Virus record (IMG/VR): IMGVR_UViG_3300042387_000948
Coordinates: 62,001-126,000 of that record
DNA length: 64,000 nt
Reading direction: 5' to 3' (one strand)
The notes beneath the pieces are model-generated. The model was not told the origin of the DNA. It saw only the letters and a program-made list of their open reading frames with translations, and made no database searches. How positions within the stretch are numbered: position 1 is the first letter of the stretch; each line of letters starts with the position of its first letter. Below, one piece after another: positions 9,080 through 15,300 of this stretch. The position numbers and the translations under genes are program-made.

Positions 9080-9646
9080 TTACTCTTTTTCTGCTTTTCT
9101 TTCTTCTACTACTTCTAAATATGCCTGATACAAAGAATCCTTATGCTCCATTAATTCATCAATTACACCCTGTCTATAATCTTCAGCTTCTTCATCATCT
9201 TCACTCCAATATTTATCCAAATCCAATTTAATATCCAAATCTTCCATATCATCGTAACCAAATCCAAATACAAATGCTCCCATAGGGTCTAAACATTCAT
9301 CTTCGTATGTACCATATAGAACTACATCTTTATTAATACCACATAATATATATGTCAACTTTTCTAAAAATTGAGTTGGTACACTCCAAGCTGATGTCAT
9401 GTAGATTTGGACTTCGGATTCAAAGTCTTCAGTAACGGCTGATTCTACTTCCAACCACTTTGCACCAATGTTATCATACCACCAATCTAACTTGCTGAAA
9501 TCCACATCTCCATACATTTGTTTGATGATGTGTTCAACATTGGTATAGTACTCATTAGTACCATCGTTAAAGATTTCTTTTAATTTGTCATACGATGGTT
9601 GGTCCAAATTCCCAATCGTAAGTGAGGTACTCATATGATTTGCCAT
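9080..9646 (-). CDS. Hypothetical protein (YubB/DUF1281 ferredoxin-like-domain type) inside tRNA array
   Basis: WWYDNIGAKW and TSAWSVP motifs. Confidence 0.65.
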   Translation of the reverse strand: MANHMSTSLTIGNLDQPSYDKLKEIFNDGTNEYYTNVEHIIKQMYGDVDFSKLDWWYDNIGAKWLEVESAVTEDFESEVQIYMTSAWSVPTQFLEKLTYILCGINKDVVLYGTYEDECLDPMGAFVFGFGYDDMEDLDIKLDLDKYWSEDDEEAEDYRQGVIDELMEHKDSLYQAYLEVVEERKAEKE

Positions 9647-9661
9647 AACTTATATTTTGTT

Positions 9662-9745
9662 TGGTGGGAGTAGAAGGACTCGAACCTCCGAACTCGTAGA
9701 GAAGTGATTTACAGTCACCCGCAATTGCCACTATGCGATACTCCC
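9662..9745 (-). tRNA. tRNA-Tyr(GTA)
   Basis: Cloverleaf, variable arm, CCA. Confidence 0.92.
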
Positions 9746-9749
9746 AAAT

Positions 9750-9857
9750 GTGTGGGTAGGAGTCTCATCCCACACTAGACTTAAGGTTTCGAGTTCTTTT
9801 ACAACTTACTCTGAAAGTTATTCGCCCGCGTGTCCTTCACCTTAAAGCGGGAGCTCC
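9750..9857 (-). ncRNA. Putative structured RNA (nested hairpin)
   Basis: GGAG/CTCC, TTAAGGT/ACCTTAA and ATAACTT/AAGTTGT nested stems. Confidence 0.45.
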
Positions 9858-9860
9858 TTA

Positions 9861-9935
9861 TGGAGCAGGTAGTCAGATTCGAACTGACGTCTCCGGTTTG
9901 GAAGACCAGAGCACTAACCACTGTGCTATACCTGC
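9861..9935 (-). tRNA. tRNA-Gly(TCC)
   Basis: Cloverleaf, U73, CCA. Confidence 0.92.
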
Positions 9936-9940
9936 AAATT

Positions 9941-10153
9941 TCCCCACATTGAGATTCCATGTGAGTAGTTATTTATAGTTTTTCCTTTCAAAAACCCAAT
10001 GCATCTTACTGCTTAAAAAGTCAACACTACTGGGAGGAGATGTGTCGTTCTCCTTTATTCCCACGACACCGGCGTTTAAGGATGTCCGGTCCAATACCCT
10101 ATCCATTGTTAAATGAGTCTTGGATTAAAGACTACCGAGCATCTCTTACTCGT
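9941..10153 (-). ncRNA. Putative ~210 nt multi-stem RNA with pseudoknot
   Basis: GAGTA/TACTC closure, AGTCTT/AAGACT, TGTCGT/ACGACA whose loop GGGA..GGAGA pairs with TCTCCTCCC. Confidence 0.55.
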
Positions 10154-10155
10154 TG

Positions 10156-10229
10156 TGGACCAGGTAGGAATCGAACCTACTACCTTTTGATTATGAGTCA
10201 ACTGCTCTAACCGAGTGAGCTACAAGTCC
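10156..10229 (-). tRNA. tRNA-CAT (Ile2 lysidine-type or elongator Met)
   Basis: Cloverleaf, CTCATAA loop. Confidence 0.85.
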
Positions 10230-10281
10230 ATATCGTTTAATCTAACGATAAAATCTGATATCGTTTCTTTCAACGATAATA

Positions 10282-10393
10282 TGGGTACCGGAGGAGAGAT
10301 TGGTTACTCTCACGCAGTCCTTTTCGGTTACTGCACCACTTCGAATCAGGCACGTCTAATGGTTGTACTTCCCATTCTTTCCGCCACTCCGGC
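10282..10393 (-). ncRNA. Aberrant tRNA-Leu-like RNA
   Basis: Acceptor GCCGGAG/CTCCGGT, hairpin in D-loop, long variable arm, non-canonical T-loop TAACCAAT, weak anticodon stem. Confidence 0.6.
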
Positions 10394-10403
10394 ATATAAT
10401 TTT

Positions 10404-10479
10404 TGGTGGAGGATAACGGATTCGAACCGTTGTCTCCGCCGTGCAAGGGCGGTGCTAAAACCAGCTCAGCTAATCCCCC
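10404..10479 (-). tRNA. tRNA-Ala(TGC)
   Basis: Cloverleaf, G3:U70, CCA. Confidence 0.93.
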
Positions 10480-10481
10480 AA

Positions 10482-10650
10482 ACCGAAACCGCTATTTTCA
10501 TAACGGCTTCTTTTCTCCTTCTCCACTTACCTCTTTCGAGTGGAAGGCAAGATTGTAATGTAACGGCTGTGCGGTTTGTGTCCGAGATTGCTCTCCAGTT
10601 TCCATTTCATTCTTAGCGTCCGTTCCGCCATTCTTTCGAATCGTTACATT
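10482..10650 (-). ncRNA. Putative structured RNA rich in GNRA-capped hairpins
   Basis: AATGTAACG/CGTTACATT closure; ATTC-GAAA-GAAT, GAGA-GCAA-TCTC, CTC-GAAA-GAG, GCCGTTAT-GAAA-ATAGCGGT. Confidence 0.6.
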
Positions 10651-10651
10651 G

Positions 10652-10734
10652 TACTTCGGACTGGAATCGAACCAGCACTCCATAAAGAAACAGCATTTTA
10701 AGTGCTGCGGGTCTACCGATTCCCCCACCGAAGC
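10652..10734 (-). tRNA. tRNA-Leu(TAA)
   Basis: Cloverleaf with variable arm. Confidence 0.9.
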
Positions 10735-10743
10735 GAACTGAAC

Positions 10744-11097
10744 CTACACTTTTGTAAGTTTGGCTTTCTTAAACTTTGTGTGTTTCTGCTTACCACTAAT
10801 AAGAATATCCACACGTTTTGTGAACCTAGCATTCATTACATCTCTTACTACATAAACTCCATTGTGTTTACCGATGCCTGTAATTCGTACTTTAGTTCCA
10901 AATTTGTACTTTCTCTTCAAATCTCTACTAACTGCCACAATTCGGGTTGTTCCTTTCTTAATTCGAAACCCACTTGCCGTTAATCGAGGTGTACTATCTG
11001 TCTGCGATGTTGTTGCAGAATAAGTTGTCACTGTTACTATATCCGTTGCGTTTACTCCGAAACTCAAAAGGATACATACTATGGTCTTTTTTATCAT
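10744..11097 (-). CDS. 3D (Asp-Asp-Asp) domain protein, secreted
   Basis: Signal peptide; TYS..QTD..TASG, VAVSRD, FGTKV, VRD, RVDI. Confidence 0.8.
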   Translation of the reverse strand: MIKKTIVCILLSFGVNATDIVTVTTYSATTSQTDSTPRLTASGFRIKKGTTRIVAVSRDLKRKYKFGTKVRITGIGKHNGVYVVRDVMNARFTKRVDILISGKQKHTKFKKAKLTKV

Positions 11098-11111
11098 ATA
11101 GTTTTATTTAG

Positions 11112-11185
11112 TGACTCCGTTTGGGTTCGAACCAAAGACCTATTCTTTAGAAGAGAATTGCTCTATCCAGCTGAGCTACGGAGCC
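11112..11185 (-). tRNA. tRNA-Arg(TCT)
   Basis: Cloverleaf. Confidence 0.92.
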
Positions 11186-11220
11186 GTTATTTATTCCTAC
11201 TTATAAATCTTTTATATAAC

Positions 11221-11586
11221 TTAAATCTTCATAGAGTCATCATCTTTACTTTCGGATGGTTTCTCTAATTTCAATTCAATTGGCGGATACTTTTTGATAA
11301 TCTCTAACGAATCTTCTGCTGCCCATTTCTCTTTTAATTGAGCACGTTTTTCGATGGTTTTGATATCAGCTTTAAGTTTATCAATTCTATCATTGATTTT
11401 CTTAATCTTTACCCATCTGGTTGCGTAATCTGATGTTGTTACTGTCTCCCATTCAATATCCCTTTGAAGGACTTTGATTTCTTTCTTAATTGTTTCAATT
11501 GCTCCTCTATCGTTTGATAATTGAGGGTCTACACCACCCAACAAACTATTGAAGAACATTGTAATTGATAATACGATTTCTTTCAT
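11221..11586 (-). CDS. Hypothetical coiled-coil protein
   Basis: ORF downstream of promoter 11604-11635. Confidence 0.65.
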   Translation of the reverse strand: MKEIVLSITMFFNSLLGGVDPQLSNDRGAIETIKKEIKVLQRDIEWETVTTSDYATRWVKIKKINDRIDKLKADIKTIEKRAQLKEKWAAEDSLEIIKKYPPIELKLEKPSESKDDDSMKI

Positions 11587-11653
11587 AACTTATTTTGTTT
11601 TTACAAAGATACGCAAAAGTTTTCACATATCCTAATTTTATTTTTACTTTTTG

Positions 11654-11724
11654 ATGCCTTACTAGGATTCGAACCTAGACTAACTCCGCCAAAAGGAGTT
11701 GCGCTACCCTTACGCTATAAGGCA
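11654..11724 (-). tRNA. tRNA-Gln(TTG)
   Basis: Cloverleaf, U1-A72. Confidence 0.9.
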
Positions 11725-11729
11725 ATTCG

Positions 11730-11803
11730 CAGTTCGTACGGGATTCGAACCCGTGGTCTCTTCCGTGACAGGGAAGCATGTTGGGCCTCTACACCAACGA
11801 ACT
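11730..11803 (-). tRNA. tRNA-Asp(GTC)
   Basis: Cloverleaf, G73. Confidence 0.92.
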
Positions 11804-11809
11804 AAAATA

Positions 11810-11992
11810 AAACAAACTTTTTGTGTCCTTCTACACATCATAACCAACTTTCATTGGCGGTTACATTTCGCATTGGGTTAATTACTCCCCACTTATAGTA
11901 ACTCTCTCCTGACCTGTATGACTATTCCGGCTTCAACAGGACCCATTTGGATTTTATATACCGAGGGGTTACACCACAGTCGTTGTTTGTTT
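11810..11992 (-). ncRNA. Putative ~180 nt structured RNA
   Basis: AAACAAAC/GTTTGTTT closure, TGGGT/ACCCA, CCTGT/ACAGG, GTTACT/AGTAAT, CCAAT-GAAA-GTTGG. Confidence 0.55.
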
Positions 11993-11994
11993 TG

Positions 11995-12067
11995 AGCTTT
12001 TGATAGGACTCGAACCTACAACCTGCTGATTACAAATCAGCTGCACTACCAATTGTGCTACAAAAGC
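11995..12067 (-). tRNA. tRNA-Thr(TGT)
   Basis: Cloverleaf. Confidence 0.92.
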
Positions 12068-12071
12068 AATT

Positions 12072-12121
12072 TGTTCGTCTTTCCGAGCTGTCATCGGTTG
12101 ATTATATACAACACCACCGAA
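12072..12121 (-). ncRNA. Small RNA motif (Flavo-1-like)
   Basis: CGGTGG..hairpin..CCGATGACAGCTCGGAAAGACGAAC; resemblance recalled, not searched. Confidence 0.45.
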
Positions 12122-12125
12122 AGTG

Positions 12126-12197
12126 TACTCCCAACGGGAATCGAACCCGTGACTCATCCGTGAAAGGGACGTGACTTAACCGCTTGTCGATAGGAGC
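12126..12197 (-). tRNA. tRNA-Glu(TTC)
   Basis: Cloverleaf. Confidence 0.92.
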
Positions 12198-12202
12198 AGA
12201 TG

Positions 12203-12332
12203 TGCGGATGGGAGGATTCGAACCTCCAGTTACCTCTTCATTGTAACTAATTACAATGGCCAGCCTTTATTTTTGTTATCTCCTTACGTTATGGAGTTCC
12301 CACATTACCATATACTTTAGCTGGTCACCCGC
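12203..12332 (-). ncRNA. tRNA-like RNA with giant D-arm and no anticodon loop
   Basis: Acceptor GCGGGTG/CATCCGC, perfect T-arm GGAGG-TTCGAAT-CCTCC, CCAGC/GCTGG stem enclosing ~55 nt, CATTGTAA-TTAG-TTACAATG hairpin. Confidence 0.65.
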
Positions 12333-12353
12333 TTTTTAATAATTATCAATATT

Positions 12354-12362
12354 TCAAAGAAC
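12354..12362 (-). promoter_or_regulatory. boxA-like antitermination site (GTTCTTTGA)
   Basis: Immediately downstream of promoter 12367-12398; identical at 13875 and 15301. Confidence 0.65.
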
Positions 12363-12417
12363 ACTACAAAAATACGAAACTTTTTTCATATTTCCAAACA
12401 ATTCTTACTATTTAATT

Positions 12418-12492
12418 TGGGGTGTAAGGGCGGTATCGAACCGACTTCCCTGGCTCCACAAACCAGTACATCACCTTAATGCTTCAAACACC
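12418..12492 (-). tRNA. tRNA-His(GTG)
   Basis: Cloverleaf with G-1:C73, CCA. Confidence 0.88.
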
Positions 12493-12499
12493 ATTTTAA

Positions 12500-12778
12500 T
12501 TAGAAGCGGGATTCCGCCGCCCAATCTTCATTTACTAAATACCAATATTCTTCTCTTAAATAAATAATATCGTAACTACCATTACTATCAATCGAAACTA
12601 TATTTTTCTTAACCAACGAACCCAATGCCCCACGAAGAACTTTGGTAGAGATTCCCAATTCTGAACTCAAATCATTTACATCCACATCAGAGAAACCTGG
12701 TTCAGCATACAAACCACCAATAAAGGTAGTAAGGGTTTTGGTTTCCAATTCAGTCAAATTCAATTCGTTAATCATCAT
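12500..12778 (-). CDS. Winged helix-turn-helix protein
   Basis: DVNDLSSELGISTKVLRGALGSLVKKNIV HTH pattern; class II promoter upstream. Confidence 0.65.
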   Translation of the reverse strand: MMINELNLTELETKTLTTFIGGLYAEPGFSDVDVNDLSSELGISTKVLRGALGSLVKKNIVSIDSNGSYDIIYLREEYWYLVNEDWAAESRF

Positions 12779-12899
12779 ATCTTTAGGTGGAGGGAGGGGA
12801 GTTTGTCTCTCAACCACGTATTAAAGGTACGCAATTTTAATGAAATAAACAAGCCTTTTGTAAAATATTTTTAAATTATTTTTAAATTATTTTTAAAGT

Positions 12900-12967
12900 T
12901 GCGTGTACGAGGTTCGAACTCATTTGGCTTTCCTTATGAGAGATAGCTCTTTTCCACTAAGCCACGC
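12900..12967 (-). pseudogene. Degenerate tRNA-CAT-like sequence
   Basis: CTCATAA loop and TTCGAAC T-loop but only ~5-bp acceptor and weak stems. Confidence 0.5.
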
Positions 12968-12973
12968 AATGAT

Positions 12974-13048
12974 TGGTGTGATTGAAGGGAATCGAACCCT
13001 TATTGAATGCACCACAAACATTTGTCCTACCATTAGACGACAATCACC
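12974..13048 (-). tRNA. tRNA-His(GTG), second copy (A73)
   Basis: Cloverleaf, CCA. Confidence 0.82.
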
Positions 13049-13049
13049 G

Positions 13050-13120
13050 AGGCGAGTACAGGATTCGAACCTGTGTAAGAGCTTTTGCAGAGCTCCATAT
13101 AACCACTCTAACAACTCGCC
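13050..13120 (-). tRNA. tRNA-Cys(GCA)
   Basis: Cloverleaf, U73. Confidence 0.88.
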
Positions 13121-13125
13121 TTATG

Positions 13126-13197
13126 TAGTTCCGGAGAGAATCGAACTCCCATCAATTGGTTCGTAGCCAATCATTTTATCCGTTAAACTACGGAACT
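13126..13197 (-). tRNA. tRNA-Arg(ACG)
   Basis: Cloverleaf. Confidence 0.9.
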
Positions 13198-13203
13198 ATT
13201 TTG

Positions 13204-13274
13204 CACACCCACTAGGATTCGAACCCAGAACAACGCTTTTGGAGAGCGGCATGATACCATTTCACTATGGATGC
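13204..13274 (-). tRNA. tRNA-Trp(CCA)
   Basis: Cloverleaf. Confidence 0.85.
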
Positions 13275-13295
13275 GGATAATACTAAATCGTATTG

Positions 13296-13373
13296 TTGGC
13301 AAGAGGGGATTCGAACCCATATTTTCAACCAATTACCTTACTCCAACTTATCAGATTGGGTGGATACTTGCCA
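13296..13373 (-). ncRNA. D-armless tRNA-Ile(GAT)-like RNA
   Basis: Acceptor TGGCAAG/CTTGCCA, CCAAT-CTGATAA-GTTGG anticodon arm, TTCGAAT T-loop, 7-nt connector instead of D-arm, 22-nt variable region. Confidence 0.7.
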
Positions 13374-13382
13374 ATGTTAATG

Positions 13383-13460
13383 TGGTAGGGTAAGAGGGAT
13401 TTGAACCCCCATGATGTCTACAACCCAAATGTAGCGGCTTACCAGTTAGCCCATTACCCT
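13383..13460 (-). tRNA. tRNA-Pro(TGG)
   Basis: Cloverleaf, CCA. Confidence 0.87.
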
Positions 13461-13466
13461 ATATTG

Positions 13467-13540
13467 TTCCCCCGGCGTGATTCGAACACGCGACCCCCTA
13501 TTTAAAAGATAGGTGCATCTACCAGCTGAGCTACGAGAGA
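13467..13540 (-). tRNA. tRNA-Lys(TTT)
   Basis: Cloverleaf. Confidence 0.87.
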
Positions 13541-13589
13541 ATTTGTTTGTCATACTTGTCACTTTCCATAGTATAAATTGTTTAATTGT

Positions 13590-13666
13590 TGGTGGAGCAG
13601 ACAGGTATCGAACCTGTTCCTCTGGATTTTCAGTCCAGCGCAATGAACCTCATCTGCCACTACTCC
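13590..13666 (-). tRNA. tRNA-Phe(GAA)
   Basis: Cloverleaf, CCA. Confidence 0.9.
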
Positions 13667-13704
13667 CTATTCCGATTTTGATATGTAGCATCGGGAACTA
13701 CCTG

Positions 13705-13778
13705 TGTCCATAGTAGGACTCGAACCTACACAAACTGGTTTCTAAGACCAGTGCGGTTGCCAATTACGCCATACGGAC
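13705..13778 (-). tRNA. tRNA-Leu(TAG), short variable loop
   Basis: Cloverleaf, CTTAGAA loop, 5-nt variable loop. Confidence 0.85.
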
Positions 13779-13786
13779 ATTTAATG

Positions 13787-13859
13787 TAGTGAGTGAGGGA
13801 CTCGAACCCCCAACATCCGCCATGTAAAGACGGCGCTCTACCAATTGAGCTAACCCACT
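13787..13859 (-). tRNA. tRNA-Val(TAC)
   Basis: Cloverleaf. Confidence 0.92.
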
Positions 13860-13874
13860 ATTTTTACCACGATG

Positions 13875-13883
13875 TCAAAGAAC
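13875..13883 (-). promoter_or_regulatory. boxA-like antitermination site (GTTCTTTGA)
   Basis: Follows the first tRNA downstream of the attenuator. Confidence 0.65.
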
Positions 13884-13889
13884 TCTATT

Positions 13890-13962
13890 GAGGGGAGGGA
13901 GAATTACGATATCTCGACCTGATGATTAACAGTCATCTGCTCTGCCTCTGAGCTACCACCCC
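13890..13962 (-). tRNA. tRNA-Asn(GTT), atypical T-loop ATCGTAA
   Basis: Cloverleaf. Confidence 0.85.
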
Positions 13963-13969
13963 TTAAAAC

Positions 13970-14007
13970 AAAAAAACCCCTAACCGATTTTGATTTCAGT
14001 TAGGGGT
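13970..14007 (-). terminator. Intrinsic terminator of candidate attenuator
   Basis: ACCCCTAACTGA-loop-TCGGTTAGGGGT followed by T-run, ending 7 nt before tRNA-Asn. Confidence 0.85.
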
Positions 14008-14032
14008 CTTTTAACCTTTATATGTAGTTTGG

Positions 14033-14167
14033 TTATTCCACTTCTACATTTTGTACCCCTAACGTTATTTCAATTCTCTTCGAATTAAAATCACACACAC
14101 CAATCCCAGCCCACAACATATTCGTTGCCGGTTGATAATTGGGTGTATGTAGGTTAAGAGTTTTCAT
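14033..14167 (-). CDS. Candidate attenuator leader peptide (44 aa, all 20 amino acids)
   Basis: MKTLNLHTPNYQPATNMLWAGIGVCDFNSKRIEITLGVQNVEVE; overlaps antiterminator arm 14055-14063. Confidence 0.75.
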   Translation of the reverse strand: MKTLNLHTPNYQPATNMLWAGIGVCDFNSKRIEITLGVQNVEVE

Positions 14168-14180
14168 TCTATTTCTTTTA

Positions 14181-14189
14181 TATAAGTAT
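14181..14189 (-). promoter_or_regulatory. Putative phage late-type promoter motif ATAYTTATA
   Basis: Same motif upstream of genes at 16189, 25201, 34447, 35596, 36110, 42087, 43911, 46400, 63058. Confidence 0.6.
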
Positions 14190-14299
14190 GTATTATTTAA
14201 TTTTTCAGTTTTTCCACATCTTTTAGTGTTATGGGAGACCGAAATCTCCCACTCCACAGTGTAATAAAAATCAAGATATGAAAACAACTCACGTTGTAG

Positions 14300-14370
14300 A
14301 GCGGTGGGATGGAATTGAACCATCTCCTTCGACCTGGACGGCCGATGTGCTACCGTAACACTTCCTCCGC
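14300..14370 (-). tRNA. Aberrant tRNA-Gly(TCC)-like (G33)
   Basis: GCG acceptor plus U73, loop CGTCCAG, A:A mismatch at 5:68. Confidence 0.7.
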
Positions 14371-14375
14371 TTGTG

Positions 14376-14445
14376 AGCGGAACTAAGGAATCGAACCCCA
14401 ACTTCTCTACGGATGTAGAGCGTGCTACCTTTACACTAATACCGC
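14376..14445 (-). tRNA. Aberrant tRNA-Gly(TCC)-like (6-nt loop)
   Basis: GCG acceptor plus U73, loop CATCCG, U:U mismatch at 5:68. Confidence 0.65.
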
Positions 14446-14449
14446 TTTT

Positions 14450-15290
14450 AGTGGTTACGGATGAGAATACTCACGTAAGCGAACCAGCTTTTGAAACCTT
14501 ATGTTTTAGTTTCGTTTCCACTACCTTTTGAGTAGTACCGATTCAATGCGGGTTAGTAATGCCAACCACTCATAAAGTTACAAACTACTCTCTCCCTAAT
14601 CCGTTTCTTCTACTCTGCCGAGCAAACTCACACTTGCGGTGTTAGAAATTTTTCAAAAGAATCACATTCATCTTGCGGATGTTTGTGGCAAGGAACAACT
14701 CCCTACTATGTACGCACCTTTCGTTCGTAACTGATGGACACTTTTGCTCTTTTTGTTTAAGTTTGCACTACCAGCAAATTGAGTTTTGGTTGTAGATTTA
14801 TTCAAGTAGTGGTCCACCCATCAGCTTCCCCACCTTTTGAACGAAGAAATACTGAACTACTCGATGTGTTATCCCTAACACCATATTTCAAGTCATCTTC
14901 ATAACTCCTACCTTGGTAGGTGAAGAGTAAGGATAATAACAGCACCACCTGTACTTTATCTTACCTTTCGGTTTTAAGATTACTCTAATATTGAATCACG
15001 CAATGATAAGGAGAGATTAAGTCCTTACTTCTTACAATAACTCTATGGATTATTCTTATTGGTATCCCTACCTCAACCGAACTATCTACATTAGCCCAGT
15101 CATCTCACCACCCTCTTTACAGTGTTACCCTCAATACTAAAGGTGAAATGATATTCCACTTGCTTACTCGAGCTCCTTACGAAGCCGCAAACCACTTAAC
15201 CAAATGATTCACTTTATCCTACTTTCGTAGTTTATTTCACGACCATAAGCGGCCGATTGAATACTATGTGAAACAAGTTCACTATGTACT
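14450..15290 (-). ncRNA. Large ornate ncRNA, probable GOLLD RNA
   Basis: ~840 nt without a long ORF, many GNRA hairpins and AGTA/GAA loop-E-like motifs, own promoter and boxA, adjacent to tRNAs; size and context fit GOLLD. Confidence 0.65.
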
Positions 15291-15300
15291 CTAATATCTT

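Noticed and set aside
10231-10280. Two tandem TATCGTT/AACGATA mini-hairpins
   Set aside because: Too short to support more than a tRNA spacer or processing role.
10540-10620. c-di-GMP-I riboswitch resemblance (GGAAAC..GCAA..GGACACAAA)
   Set aside because: Only a partial similarity to P2; no P3 and no downstream gene to regulate.
8986-13778. Suppressor tRNAs or stop-codon recoding suggested by TGA, TAA and TAG anticodons
   Set aside because: These are ordinary Ser/Leu anticodons; no CTA/TTA/TCA anticodon is seen and ORFs are intact in code 11.
14033-14401. 122-aa version of the leader ORF from the ORF track
   Set aside because: Its upstream part runs through tRNA-like genes; the ATG at 14167 follows a promoter motif and A-rich leader, so the 44-aa form is preferred.
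14450-15290. tmRNA, RNase P RNA or group I intron identity for the large RNA
   Set aside because: No tRNA-Ala-like ends or tag ORF, no RNase P P4 signature recognised, and it does not interrupt a gene.
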